Shown: in pieces, positions 1 to 10,509 of the stretch
How positions within the stretch are numbered: position 1 is the stretch's first letter
How the letters are laid out: the number at the start of each line of letters is the position of its first letter
Virus record (IMG/VR): IMGVR_UViG_3300011338_000356
Coordinates: 1-30,353 of that record
DNA: 30,353 nt
Reading direction: 5' to 3' (one strand)
Source: a virus
Taxonomy: Duplodnaviria; Caudoviricetes
The notes under the pieces: generated by a model
Databases searched by the model: none
Told to the model about the DNA's origin: nothing
The model's input: the letters and a program-made list of their open reading frames with translations, nothing else
Program-made: the position numbers and the translations under genes

Positions 1-127
1 AAGGTGGTTTCGATTATTCGTAAAACATTCCCCGCTTTACGAGCAACGGTTATGCGTGACTTCTTTGAGATTTTAAAAGAATTGAATATCTATTCAAGTG
101 AACGACATAACAAATCGGAACACATCT
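1..127. repeat. 127-bp terminal direct repeat, copy 1 (circular assembly overlap)
   Basis: 1-127 is identical to 30227-30353, and the terL frame reads through the join. Confidence 0.97.
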
Positions 128-999
128 ACACGTTCGAAAATGGATCAATCGTTGAATTCTTTTCAGTAGACGATGAGCAAAAGATACGAGGGCGCAAACG
201 TGATGTAGCATGGTGTAATGAAGCGAATGAATTGTATTATGATGACTTCACCCAACTTAATATGCGAACCGAGTTTAAGTTGATATTTGACTATAACCCA
301 TCCGAGAGTTCAAGTTGGCTTTATGAGTTACCAAAAGACGAAAGCATCTTAATCAAGTCAACCTATCGTGACAATCCATTCCTACCTGAAAGCATCAAGA
401 AACAAATCGAAGATTTAAAGCGAACCGATGAATCGTTATATCAAATCTATGCACTCGGTGAAAAGGCGATTAGCAAGTCAAACATTTACAGCAATTGGAA
501 CTTCATCAACCATCGACCAGGACGATTTGTTAATTATGTTTATGGTTGTGATTTCGGGTACAATCACCCTACTGCTTTGGTTCGGGTCTACTATTGTGAT
601 AACGACATCTTTATCGAGAAAGTAATCTATGAAAGCTATCTGACAACTACGAACCTAATCGACAAGATGAATCAGTTAGGGGTAGAAAAACACGTTACAA
701 TTTTAGCCGATTATTCACGTCCCGAAATAATAGCTGAAATGAATAATGCGGGATTCGATGTTCAGAACGCAAACAAGGTGGTTAAAAAAGGAATTGATAA
801 CATTAAAACATTCGGGGTCTTTTGCGAGGATTCCAAAGAAATCAAAAAGGAATACGATAACTACAAATGGAAAAAGATAGGCGACACAATCACGGATGAA
901 CCAGTAAAACTATTTGACGATGCTATGGATGCGATTCGATACGCTACGACATACATACGACAAGAATATTACACCGATGATTCTTACTTCGCCTTCTAA
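1..999 (+). CDS. terL: Terminase large subunit (PBSX-like), C-terminal part; full gene 30074..30226 joined to 1..999, about 383 aa
   Basis: Walker B-like AWCNEANE, DYNP coupling motif, STYRDNPFL, nuclease motifs GCDFGYNHPT and DDAMDAIRY; follows terS. Confidence 0.95.
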   Translation, partial: KVVSIIRKTFPALRATVMRDFFEILKELNIYSSERHNKSEHIYTFENGSIVEFFSVDDEQKIRGRKRDVAWCNEANELYYDDFTQLNMRTEFKLIFDYNPSESSSWLYELPKDESILIKSTYRDNPFLPESIKKQIEDLKRTDESLYQIYALGEKAISKSNIYSNWNFINHRPGRFVNYVYGCDFGYNHPTALVRVYYCDNDIFIEKVIYESYLTTTNLIDKMNQLGVEKHVTILADYSRPEIIAEMNNAGFDVQNANKVVKKGIDNIKTFGVFCEDSKEIKKEYDNYKWKKIGDTITDEPVKLFDDAMDAIRYATTYIRQEYYTDDSYFAF

Positions 1000-1026
1000 A
1001 CATAAACACGAAAAAAAATAATATAG
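999..1026 (+). promoter_or_regulatory. Candidate phage late promoter AACA-N16-TAATATAG, copy 1
   Basis: AACA 999-1002, TAATATAG 1019-1026, ATG at 1029; same motif precedes three other structural blocks. Confidence 0.6.
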
Positions 1027-1028
1027 GT

Positions 1029-2237
1029 ATGGCATACCGAGAAAGACAAAAAATTAGTCAAATGACCCCAAAAGGTGCAGACCTTGAATCGACTGATTTA
1101 ATAGAAGTATCAACAATCGAAAGCGGGTCTTATGTCACTAAATCAATCACGGGTCAAGAAATAATCGATGCTGCTGGTGGCAACTTTGTGCCGTATACGG
1201 GCGCGACACAAAACGTTGATTTAGGCGAATATGAACTAAAAGCGGGTCAACTTACCTTAGACACATCCCCAACGGGAACAGCTGTTATTGGAACGACACA
1301 ATGGAATAATTCAATAGGTAGTTCAGAAACTATGTTGAAAGGCGGAAGTGTTATTCTTAAGAATGGTGTTGATTTAGTTGCAAGGGTAGTAAACAAAGTA
1401 ACCCCGAACACAACGTTAACAAAAGCGAATTATCCCGCTGTTAAAGTTTCGGGCGCACAAGGTCAAAGATTGGCTGTGGATTATGCACAAGCAAACACGG
1501 ATTTAAATAGCGCTGATACGATAGGATTAGTTACTGAAACAATTGCTACGAATCAAGAAGGATTTATTATAACGGTTGGACAGCTTGAAGAAATAAACAC
1601 TACGGGAAGTTTGCAAGGCGAAACTTGGGCAGATGGTGATGTTCTATATTTATCCCCTACGACAGCGGGTTCATTAACGAATATTAAACCAACGGGCGCA
1701 ACGGGTCACATCGTAGTTATCGGTTACGTTGAATATGCACACGCTGTTCACGGCAAGATATACGTTAAAATAATGAATGGTTGGGAATTAGACGAACTTC
1801 ATAACGTATACATAAACACGGGAACATTAGCCAATAACGATGCGCTGATTTATGAAAGTTCTACGCAACTATGGAAAAACAAAACCATAGCTACGGCATT
1901 AGGTTATACACCCGCTTCATATACACCACGAGTTCAAAGTTTAAGCAGCGCTTCAAGTGTAACACCTACAAACCTAAACGACTTAGTGAAGATAACAGCA
2001 CAAGCAGCAGCTTTAACATTGGTTAATCCTTCAGGAACATGGGATGAAGGTCAATCGTTAATGATTCGAATTAAGGATAACGGAACTGCACGGGCGATTA
2101 CATTCGATACGAATTATCGTGCTATCGGTGTAACTTTACCAACTACAACTACGATAAGCAAAACTACTTACATAGGAATTATTTACAATGCCACCGATGC
2201 GAAATGGGATGTCATCGGTGTAACTACACAAGCGTAA
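1029..2237 (+). CDS. Tail fibre / structural fibre protein
   Basis: Thr/Gly-rich modular protein with KISQM N-terminus, VPYTGATQNVDLG motif and LIYESSTQLWKN fibre-type repeat; lies in the structural module. Confidence 0.65.
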   Translation: MAYRERQKISQMTPKGADLESTDLIEVSTIESGSYVTKSITGQEIIDAAGGNFVPYTGATQNVDLGEYELKAGQLTLDTSPTGTAVIGTTQWNNSIGSSETMLKGGSVILKNGVDLVARVVNKVTPNTTLTKANYPAVKVSGAQGQRLAVDYAQANTDLNSADTIGLVTETIATNQEGFIITVGQLEEINTTGSLQGETWADGDVLYLSPTTAGSLTNIKPTGATGHIVVIGYVEYAHAVHGKIYVKIMNGWELDELHNVYINTGTLANNDALIYESSTQLWKNKTIATALGYTPASYTPRVQSLSSASSVTPTNLNDLVKITAQAAALTLVNPSGTWDEGQSLMIRIKDNGTARAITFDTNYRAIGVTLPTTTTISKTTYIGIIYNATDAKWDVIGVTTQA

Positions 2238-2238
2238 A

Positions 2239-3021
2239 ATGGGATATTATTCATTGATATCTATAATGCCTAAATCAGCGGGAATTGACCCTGATGCACA
2301 AGCGTTTTTGACTGCTTCAGGAATCACAAATGGAACGATCACAAGCGCGATAAATCAATTTGTTATAGACTTGAAAGGATATTCACTTTGGACAAAATTA
2401 TTTGCTTGTTATCCATTAGTTGGTGGAACAAGCGCCACGCATAAATGGAATCTCAAAGACCCGCGCGATTTGGATGCAGCGTATAGATTAGTGTTTAATG
2501 GTGGATGGACACATTCAAGCACGGGTGCTTTACCTAATGGAACGAATGGTTGGGCAAATACTTATTTAGTTTCACAAGGAACGCTTGGTTTAAATTCAAC
2601 AAGTTTCGGCGTTTATTCAAGAACTAATTTAGATAGGTTAGCGCCTTCAATCGGTAATGTTACGGGTGCTGCATCTGCTGAATGTTCATTATGGTTAAGA
2701 ACATCTAATTTAAGCTTTATTCGTGTTAATGGTTCAACAGGTTCATCAACTGCAAATACAGATTCAAGAGGTTTATTTATTGCCAATAGAGTAAACTCAA
2801 CACAAGCACAAATTCAGATTAGAGGCACACAAACAACATTTACAAATGCAAGTAATTCACTATATACAAATCCTTTTCAATTAGGTGGAGTCAATCCAAA
2901 TTTCTTTGACACTAAAGAACTTGCATTAGCATTTATTGCAAGTGGATTAACAAGTCAAAACATGACTGATTTAAACACGGCAGTAGTAGCATTTGAAACA
3001 GCATTAGGTAGAAACGTATGA
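2239..3021 (+). CDS. Putative receptor-binding / lectin-like (LamG/ConA-like) virion protein
   Basis: DPDAQAF...YPLVGG...NLKDP N-terminus followed by a beta-rich Ser/Thr/Asn domain; next to the fibre gene. Confidence 0.45.
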   Translation: MGYYSLISIMPKSAGIDPDAQAFLTASGITNGTITSAINQFVIDLKGYSLWTKLFACYPLVGGTSATHKWNLKDPRDLDAAYRLVFNGGWTHSSTGALPNGTNGWANTYLVSQGTLGLNSTSFGVYSRTNLDRLAPSIGNVTGAASAECSLWLRTSNLSFIRVNGSTGSSTANTDSRGLFIANRVNSTQAQIQIRGTQTTFTNASNSLYTNPFQLGGVNPNFFDTKELALAFIASGLTSQNMTDLNTAVVAFETALGRNV

Positions 3022-3233
3022 TACAAGTAGGATTATTAACTTTGTCGCAAAAAGAAGAATTAGAAGGTCAACTTTACGATGCTGATTCTTATTTTAATCC
3101 GATTCAAGATATCAATGATAATTGGATTATATCGGTTGAAGAAATAGAACAAAACGAAAATAGTTTATTAGCTTGGGTAAAGGATTTACCATTGATTGAA
3201 TTTGAACCTAAACCCGCACCACCAATTATATAG
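3018..3233 (+). CDS. Small acidic protein, possible fibre chaperone
   Basis: 4-nt overlap with the upstream gene; 71 aa, acidic. Confidence 0.45.
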   Translation: MIQVGLLTLSQKEELEGQLYDADSYFNPIQDINDNWIISVEEIEQNENSLLAWVKDLPLIEFEPKPAPPII

Positions 3234-3236
3234 ATA

Positions 3237-4718
3237 ATGGCATTAACTTTAATAGCACAACCACAAGATATTACACCCGCTTATAATCCAGTAAAATGGA
3301 TTGTAGATTCAGACATAAAGACGTATGATGGATTTAGATATGTTTTTATAGTAAAGGATTCGTCATTAGATATAATCGCGGAATATAGAATTTTACCTTC
3401 ATATGCTACGGGTTATGGTGAACAAGATTTATCGAAGCTATTAAGTAACTATGTTTCGTTTGATATTGAAACAGCAAACACAAGTTTTTACGCTGCATCA
3501 AATTCGTATGCTGAATATACGCTTGAAACGGGTGAAGAATATGTAACGCGAGTAGATTACGTAAACACGTTAGTAAATAGTTCAGGGAACGTTCGTATTA
3601 ACGTAGCGAATAGCTTTGTCGCGGGTGATAGGATAAACATCAAGCAAGACGATAATGGCGCTGCTAATCCATACCTTGAAGGATTATTCACGATATTAAG
3701 CGCAACGGGTTCATACATCGTTGTTAATAGTCTTTATTCACTTGTTACTGATACAACGATTAACGGAACTATTACCTATGCTGATAATCGTAAGACATTT
3801 GTAGCGGGTGACACATACACGAAAAACGTTTTTAATGGTGTGTTTCGTTGGTTGGATTTTCCTACTTATAATCAAGATGACTTTTATTTAGACGCAAACA
3901 CGAAACGATGGTTAACAAACCAACCTACTACATTTAATGCTACATTAGGTCAAGATATATTTTTAAACATTCGCGATACGGGTGTTGGAATCAACGAACG
4001 CATTTACTTTGAAAATAGTAATGGCGATATTTTCTATAAATCCATAAGCGGTGGTGATTTGATTAAGGGGATTCCCGTAGGTGCTAACAACTATGGAATA
4101 TTAACGTTGGTAAGTGGAACACCGAATCTTATAAAGACTGATACAACGTATTATGATGTGTGGTATTCCGATGGTGTTTTTAATCCAGTTCAATCATTGA
4201 AATATCGAATCAACTTAGATACACGCGTTCAGATATCGGAATATCATTGTTTGTTCTTAGATAGGTTAGGTTCGTTTAGTTCATTCGCTTTTCAGCTTAA
4301 AAATTACGAACGCGGTGAAATAACGCGTGATGAATATAACAAAGATGTCAAAGGATATATTGCAGATGGCGCATGGAATTATAACACGATTGAAAGCGGA
4401 TTTACTTCATTTAATTTGAATCTTAAAAAGACGATTGAATTAAATACGAATTGGATGACTGAAGAAATGAATCGATACTTCGAAGAATTGATAACATCAC
4501 CACAAGTTTACTTGAAATTGGCATCATACACAAACACGGAAAATTGGTTATACCCTGAAGATGAAAGCGGATGTCCATTAAGAATTCCCGAATCAACTGA
4601 ATATCAACCGGTGATCGTCACAAACACACAATACGAAGTGTTTCAGCAAAGAAATAAGAACTTAATCAAGCATTCAATTCAAGTACGTTTAGCAAATCAA
4701 GATAATATCAATGGTTAG
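3237..4718 (+). CDS. Tail/baseplate structural protein
   Basis: QPQDITPAYNP N-terminus, FLDRLGSFSSFAF and ELITSPQVY motifs; lies between fibre and tail-tip genes. Confidence 0.55.
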   Translation: MALTLIAQPQDITPAYNPVKWIVDSDIKTYDGFRYVFIVKDSSLDIIAEYRILPSYATGYGEQDLSKLLSNYVSFDIETANTSFYAASNSYAEYTLETGEEYVTRVDYVNTLVNSSGNVRINVANSFVAGDRINIKQDDNGAANPYLEGLFTILSATGSYIVVNSLYSLVTDTTINGTITYADNRKTFVAGDTYTKNVFNGVFRWLDFPTYNQDDFYLDANTKRWLTNQPTTFNATLGQDIFLNIRDTGVGINERIYFENSNGDIFYKSISGGDLIKGIPVGANNYGILTLVSGTPNLIKTDTTYYDVWYSDGVFNPVQSLKYRINLDTRVQISEYHCLFLDRLGSFSSFAFQLKNYERGEITRDEYNKDVKGYIADGAWNYNTIESGFTSFNLNLKKTIELNTNWMTEEMNRYFEELITSPQVYLKLASYTNTENWLYPEDESGCPLRIPESTEYQPVIVTNTQYEVFQQRNKNLIKHSIQVRLANQDNING

Positions 4719-7479
4719 GATACAAATCGAAACGGGTTATTTAGATGTAAAAGAAGGAACTAACCTACCTTTGAATTTTCAAGTGGGCGATATTCGTGAT
4801 TTAACACAACGTAAGGGAACGTTTTCAAAGTCTATAACGCTAAGCGGAACAAAGAACAATAATACGCTTCTAAACAACTATTACGATGTCAATATCAAAG
4901 CGGGAACGTTTGACATAAACAAGTTAACGCGATGTTCAATAATTCAAAATGGAATTCCCATAATCACGGATGCATTACTTCAGTTGGTTAATGTAAAGAA
5001 AGTTCAATTAACCGATGCATACGAACAAGGGTTAGAATATGAAGTGTTGATTAAAGATTCACAAGCGGAATTCTATACTTCGATTACAAATCTTGAGCTC
5101 ACTGATTTAGATTTCAGCGATTGTAATCATGACTTTAGCATATCAGCAATTACGGATAGTTGGAATAATACACAAGTAGACCATTATAAATACATAATGC
5201 CGTATAACGACACAAATAATTATACGGTTAATCACTTCAAACCCGCAATTTACGCTAAAAGTTACTTCGATAGGATATTCGCGAATTCAGGATTCACATA
5301 CAATTGGACAAATCTAAGTGATTTTCATTTTGACAAATTACTGATTCCTTACAATGGCGATGTAAATAATTTTGATTACACGGATTACGAAGTTAAAGCG
5401 GATGCTACTTACACAACTAATTACGTTCAACCATCTTTGGGTTATAACTTTACATTTTTACAAACATTAACAACTTTTACTGAAGTTTTAGATGTTCAAA
5501 ATATTTTTGATCCATCAACGGGTATTTACACTGCACCATTTAATTCGGATACTGCACAAGGTCAAACGTATTATTTTAACTTCAACTATTCGTATGATTT
5601 ATTTTTAGATAATACAAGCGGGGTTAATGCATATTTAATGTATCACGATATAAGTGGTGTAGTAACCAATCCCGCAAGAATGCGATATGCTTTAATTTTT
5701 CGCATAATTAAAAATGGTTCTGCGGTTGGTCAATTTGTTCAAGCTGCGGATAGTATAATATTTGATGGAAATACGGATAACCCATTAGCAAATGGTACAA
5801 CTTCTTTATTAACTGCTTCAGGTACTACCGATTATCCCGTCCCAATTAACGTAACTGCAAGTGATACTTTACAAATTCAAGTAGGAATCGTAGTTAATCC
5901 ATTAGATAGTCTATACACCTTTTGGGAAAACGCTGCGGGTACATCAAATTTACAAGTAAATCCACAAGTAGATTTTTCATCACTTAGCGTGTCGATTGTT
6001 CCTTCTAATAATATTCAAGTTATTGGTGGTGTTCAAATAGTCAATGAATTCATCCCACAAAAAATTAAGCAATCGGATTTCGTAAAGGCGATATTTCAAA
6101 TGTATAATCTTTACGCATATCCTAACCAAAATCAACCAAATGAACTTATATTAGTTCAACGTGACGAATGGTATGATGCGGGTGCTGAAAAGGATTGGAG
6201 TCTAAAACTTGCCAAGAACCAGGAACAACAACTGATATTTTTACCTGACTTAAGCAATAAAAAATTAAAGCTAACTTACAAAGCTGATAACGACACGCCC
6301 AATGTAATCTTTACACAAGCAACGTCTGAAATCTATGGGCAAATAGAATATACGTTCAATAACGAGTACGTTAAGGATACGGACACAAAAGAACTATTAT
6401 TTTCACCGACACCCGTTACACGAAGTACATTTGATGCTTACCTTCCAATGATTAACGGAATAGCGCCAAAAACGAATATTCGAATATTATACGATGCGGG
6501 ATTACAAACTTGTTTACCATTTAACATTTACGAACAAGGCACAACGGGAGTCACGGGTTTAACTGATTATCCGCAGACGGGTCATTTCAATAATGCATTA
6601 ACACCTACGTTTGATATTAACTTCGGTGTGTGTGATTTTTACTTTTATCAAACAAGCGTTTTAACGAACAATAATCTTTACAATTTATATTGGCGAAGAA
6701 CCGTTAACCAAATAAATGTAGGTCGAATGTTAACTGCATCATTCTTATTAAATGAAGCGGACATTCAGACGTTAAAGCTAAACGATAAAATACGAATCGA
6801 TAATTCATGGTGGAACATCAATAAGGTGATTGATTATAATGCAAACGATGAGGTTCTAACAAAAGTCGAATTAATAAGTGTAGATACTGAAATCGATTTA
6901 GCTGATTTTATTACGGGTGACCCTATCTTTGTTGGTGACGATACTACTGCTGAAGCAACGGGTGAAATTATTCGTAACATAAAATCACAATCTAACATCA
7001 ATTTAAGTGATGGGAACGTTGAGATTTATGGAATTGGCAATGTAGTTCCAAAAGGATTAAAGGGATTAGTAGTAGGGGATAACCAAAACATAACTGAAAG
7101 CGGAATAACTACAACGAATTTAACAATCACTGAGACGATTAATGGACAACCATTAAACGACATACTACCTACCTACACAAAATACATCGCTACGATAAGT
7201 CAATCGGGAACAGCAGACCCGACATTGAGTATTTTAGAAAACACGATAGGTAATATTGTATGGACAAGAACGGCAATTGGTAACTACTTTGGAACACTTA
7301 TAGGTGCTTTTCCTAACCAAGATAAAACATACTTAACTTTAAGCAACGCTGATACATCTCAAGTATTAATAACTTGGACAAGCGCTAATCAGATAAGAAT
7401 AAGAACCTTTGACTTTACAACAGCCTACATAGATGGGCAGTTGACATATAACACAATAGAAATAAGAGTTTATCCGTAA
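4711..7479 (+). CDS. Tail tip / baseplate hub-like protein
   Basis: 922 aa, adjacent to the tape measure; FSKSITLSGTKNN, IKQSDFVKAIFQMYNL and WWNINKVIDY segments resemble Bacteroidota siphophage tail-tip proteins. Confidence 0.6.
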   Translation: MVRIQIETGYLDVKEGTNLPLNFQVGDIRDLTQRKGTFSKSITLSGTKNNNTLLNNYYDVNIKAGTFDINKLTRCSIIQNGIPIITDALLQLVNVKKVQLTDAYEQGLEYEVLIKDSQAEFYTSITNLELTDLDFSDCNHDFSISAITDSWNNTQVDHYKYIMPYNDTNNYTVNHFKPAIYAKSYFDRIFANSGFTYNWTNLSDFHFDKLLIPYNGDVNNFDYTDYEVKADATYTTNYVQPSLGYNFTFLQTLTTFTEVLDVQNIFDPSTGIYTAPFNSDTAQGQTYYFNFNYSYDLFLDNTSGVNAYLMYHDISGVVTNPARMRYALIFRIIKNGSAVGQFVQAADSIIFDGNTDNPLANGTTSLLTASGTTDYPVPINVTASDTLQIQVGIVVNPLDSLYTFWENAAGTSNLQVNPQVDFSSLSVSIVPSNNIQVIGGVQIVNEFIPQKIKQSDFVKAIFQMYNLYAYPNQNQPNELILVQRDEWYDAGAEKDWSLKLAKNQEQQLIFLPDLSNKKLKLTYKADNDTPNVIFTQATSEIYGQIEYTFNNEYVKDTDTKELLFSPTPVTRSTFDAYLPMINGIAPKTNIRILYDAGLQTCLPFNIYEQGTTGVTGLTDYPQTGHFNNALTPTFDINFGVCDFYFYQTSVLTNNNLYNLYWRRTVNQINVGRMLTASFLLNEADIQTLKLNDKIRIDNSWWNINKVIDYNANDEVLTKVELISVDTEIDLADFITGDPIFVGDDTTAEATGEIIRNIKSQSNINLSDGNVEIYGIGNVVPKGLKGLVVGDNQNITESGITTTNLTITETINGQPLNDILPTYTKYIATISQSGTADPTLSILENTIGNIVWTRTAIGNYFGTLIGAFPNQDKTYLTLSNADTSQVLITWTSANQIRIRTFDFTTAYIDGQLTYNTIEIRVYP

Positions 7480-7483
7480 CGAT

Positions 7484-9631
7484 ATGAATGAAATAGAAGT
7501 TCCATTAAAGATAACGGGCATAGGTGCAATCAAAAAAGAATTGCGCGATTTAAAAGGCGAGATAGCAAACGCAACTGATCCACAAGCAGTCGCAGCGTTA
7601 ACGCAAAAAGCGGGTGCATTAAAAGACCAATTGGCAGATGCTAACGAGCAAGTAAATATCTTTGCTTCAGGTTCTAAATTCGAACAAGTCAATAATGGTT
7701 TAGGTTCGATTAAGCAATCGATAATGTCATTGGATTTTGCTGAAGCGGGTGAAAAAGCGAAGCTATTAACGAATGCTTTGCGTGGTATAAGTCCAGCTGA
7801 TTTTGCAGCACAATTCAAAGGGTTTGCACAAGTAGTTCTTTCATTAGGTTCTGCCGTAGGTATAGCTATGAAGCAGTTTATCGCTTTCGGAATTTCATTA
7901 CTTGCGAATCCAATATTTTTATTGGTTGCGGTTATCGTTGCAATTGTAGCAGCTATTCTTTTGTTGTTGCATAAGTTAGGAATTCTAAAAAAGATATTTG
8001 ATATCTTGATGATTCCAATCAAGGCATTGATTCAAGGGTTTAAGGATTTAACGGATTGGTTAGGTTTAACAAGTTATGCGGCTGAAGAAAATGCTGAAAA
8101 AATGATTGAAGCAAATGAACGTGTAGTCGAGAGTTCAAAAAGACGAAGCGAAGACTTGGCTGCCAACTATGACTATGAAATTAAATTAGCACAATTACGC
8201 GGTCAAGATACGCTTGATTTAGAAATTGATAAAAGTAAAAAATTAGGTGTTGAATCGAAGAAGCGTTTAGGAAGCGCTACAAAAGCGTTATGGGCAGAAT
8301 TAGCCTTGGGTGAAGATGTTGATAAGAAAAAATTAGAGGATCTCACGAAACAAATCGGTGAAGAAAAGAAACTAATCGAGCAAGGTAAACGCGATAGAGA
8401 TATCTTGGTTAAAACTGATTATTACAAAAGGCGTGAAGATGCTAAAAAAGAAGCTGAAGCAGCTAAGAAAGAAGCAGAAGATGCAGCTAAGAAAGAAGCA
8501 GATGCAGCGAAAAAAGCAGCTGAAGCAGCGCGTAAATATGCAGCAGATAGATTAGCAGCACGAAGAACGATAAGAGATATTGAAATTAGCTTAATTAAGG
8601 ATGATGCGGATAGAGAAATAGTAACTACGCAAGAAAAATATGCACGATTAATAACTGATACAAAGAATAGTGAAACACTAAAAAAAGACGAAAAATTAAA
8701 ACTTATTCAATTATATCAAAAACAACTTGAGTTTGAACTTGGCAAACAAGAACAAATAGAAATAGAAGCGGAAAAAGAAAAACAAAAAAAGCTACTTGAA
8801 GAATATAATGCGGGTTTAATTAAAAAATACGAAGAACAAGATAAGCAATATCTAAGACTTCAAGAATTAACACAATCGCAACTTGAATGGGATAAAACAC
8901 AACTTCAATTAAAATACGAAGCAGAAGTAGCAGCAGCTGGTGAAAATGAAGAATTAATTAAAGCATTAACAACTAAGTTACAAAATGATTTAACTAAGAT
9001 TGATAAAGATGCAGCAGATGCGCGTGTTAAAATAAAAGAAGAAGAAGAAGCTAAAAAACGTGCTGCCCAACTTCAAACGGCAAACGATGCGTTAAAAATA
9101 GCTGAAGATTCTACAAAATCAATTCAGGCGCTTGGTGATATTGCTTTTGCTGCTAAAATGAAAAATGTTAAAAAGGGAAGTAAAGAAGAAGAAGAATTAG
9201 CGAAGAAACAATTTAAATTTAACAAAGCTATGCAGTTAGCGGGTGCTATTGTTGATGCGGGAAAAGCAGTTACAGCATCTTTGGCAAGTGCGCCATTAGC
9301 GATTGGTGTCGCACCAAACCCAATAGGGATTGCATCGTTAACAGCGGCTATTACAACTTCAGCAGCAAACATAGCAAAGATTGCAGCTACACAATTTACT
9401 TCAACGGGTGGTGGTGCTACTGCTAATTCAAATGCATTAAACGCTTCTTCAACATCAACCACTTCAGCTACACCTTCATTTAGTTTGTTTGGTCAAGGTA
9501 ATGATATGAACAACGTAGGTGCTCCACAAGATAGTTCAACAACGATAACCGTTCAAGCTGTTGTTAGTGAAACTGAATTAACCAATACGCAAAACAAAAT
9601 AAAACAAATCAATAAAAACGCAACACTATGA
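7484..9631 (+). CDS. Tail tape measure protein
   Basis: 715 aa Ala/Lys/Glu-rich coiled coil with hydrophobic ANPIFLLVAVIVAIVAAILLL segment and C-terminal VQAVVSETEL motif. Confidence 0.85.
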   Translation: MNEIEVPLKITGIGAIKKELRDLKGEIANATDPQAVAALTQKAGALKDQLADANEQVNIFASGSKFEQVNNGLGSIKQSIMSLDFAEAGEKAKLLTNALRGISPADFAAQFKGFAQVVLSLGSAVGIAMKQFIAFGISLLANPIFLLVAVIVAIVAAILLLLHKLGILKKIFDILMIPIKALIQGFKDLTDWLGLTSYAAEENAEKMIEANERVVESSKRRSEDLAANYDYEIKLAQLRGQDTLDLEIDKSKKLGVESKKRLGSATKALWAELALGEDVDKKKLEDLTKQIGEEKKLIEQGKRDRDILVKTDYYKRREDAKKEAEAAKKEAEDAAKKEADAAKKAAEAARKYAADRLAARRTIRDIEISLIKDDADREIVTTQEKYARLITDTKNSETLKKDEKLKLIQLYQKQLEFELGKQEQIEIEAEKEKQKKLLEEYNAGLIKKYEEQDKQYLRLQELTQSQLEWDKTQLQLKYEAEVAAAGENEELIKALTTKLQNDLTKIDKDAADARVKIKEEEEAKKRAAQLQTANDALKIAEDSTKSIQALGDIAFAAKMKNVKKGSKEEEELAKKQFKFNKAMQLAGAIVDAGKAVTASLASAPLAIGVAPNPIGIASLTAAITTSAANIAKIAATQFTSTGGGATANSNALNASSTSTTSATPSFSLFGQGNDMNNVGAPQDSSTTITVQAVVSETELTNTQNKIKQINKNATL
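8441..8530 (+). repeat. Imperfect in-frame tandem repeat in the tape measure gene (AKKEAE/DA units)
   Basis: GCAGCTAAGAAAGAAGCAGA occurs twice with degenerate flanking copies; protein reads AKKEAEAAKKEAEDAAKKEADAAKKAAEAA. Confidence 0.7.
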
Positions 9632-10080
9632 TAAGTTATCAAAGTTTAATCAATAAGATTATCAACTTCTACGATAATCATTTACAAGTAAAAAAAGTAG
9701 GTTCGGATTTTCGCGAACAATTGGAAAACTTCGCGACGAAAGACGAAAAATATCCTTTGGTTTATATTTGTCCTTTGGATTCGTTCGCAAGTGAAGCGGG
9801 ATTTACTACTGAAATAAATTTAGAAATCTATTGTTTTGACATTATACAAAAAGATCGAGCAAATATAAACACGATACTAAGCGATTGTCACTTAATCTTA
9901 AATGACTTGTATGTGTGGTTTTTGAATTCAGACGATTATAGTTTTGATATTGTTGGTGTTCCTACACTATCGCCATTAAATAATGACTTGTTAGATTATG
10001 CAGCGGGGTGGGTTATGACCATAACGTGTTCGATTAATAATTATACTGATTGCCAAGTTCCTGAACAAATCGGCGATTAA
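9628..10080 (+). CDS. Tail terminator / tail completion-like protein
   Basis: 150 aa, acidic, KYPLVYI...ILSDCHLILNDL...AAGW pattern; in the tail module. Confidence 0.5.
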   Translation: MISYQSLINKIINFYDNHLQVKKVGSDFREQLENFATKDEKYPLVYICPLDSFASEAGFTTEINLEIYCFDIIQKDRANINTILSDCHLILNDLYVWFLNSDDYSFDIVGVPTLSPLNNDLLDYAAGWVMTITCSINNYTDCQVPEQIGD

Positions 10081-10091
10081 TAATAATATAG
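10064..10091 (+). promoter_or_regulatory. Candidate late promoter AACA-N16-TAATATAG, copy 2
   Basis: AACA 10064-10067, TAATATAG 10084-10091, ATG at 10096. Confidence 0.6.
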
Positions 10092-10095
10092 ATGT

Positions 10096-10509
10096 ATGCC
10101 ATCAAACGAATTTAGATTAAAGTACAAGATTAGGAACAAAGCAGCACAAGTTCTAAAGAAAGTAATCAAAGAAGATGCCTTGATTGATACGGGTACATTA
10201 TATGAATCGGTGCGTATTAATGCTAAATTCACTACTGAAGGTAATCTTCGTATCGAAATACTTGCAGCATATTACTTCGGATTCTTGAATAACGGAACAA
10301 TCACCATTGAACCATATAATTTAGTTCGACAATTTAATTTGCGTTTAGAATCTTCAGGAATAATATCTGAAATGTACGCACAATACTTCGAGTGGTTGGC
10401 AAGTAAATATCCGCTTGTTCAAGTAGCGGGAATGCTTCGTAAAAAGCAAAACGTAATTTATGACTTTAACCCATTATTCGGTGAATTTTGGGGTGCTTTG
10501 GAATATTAG
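10096..10509 (+). CDS. Neck/tail completion protein (HK97 gp10-like)
   Basis: IDTGTLYESV and YFGFLNNGT match the DTG.L..S / Y...le.GT pattern of this family. Confidence 0.55.
   Translation: MPSNEFRLKYKIRNKAAQVLKKVIKEDALIDTGTLYESVRINAKFTTEGNLRIEILAAYYFGFLNNGTITIEPYNLVRQFNLRLESSGIISEMYAQYFEWLASKYPLVQVAGMLRKKQNVIYDFNPLFGEFWGALEY

Noticed and set aside
4-999. terL as a truncated gene or pseudogene
   Set aside because: The missing N-terminus with Walker A is at 30074-30226, in frame across the origin.
7366-9462. Minus-strand ORFs 7366..8022 and 9124..9462
   Set aside because: They are antisense shadows of the Ala-rich tape measure gene, with no motifs or promoter.
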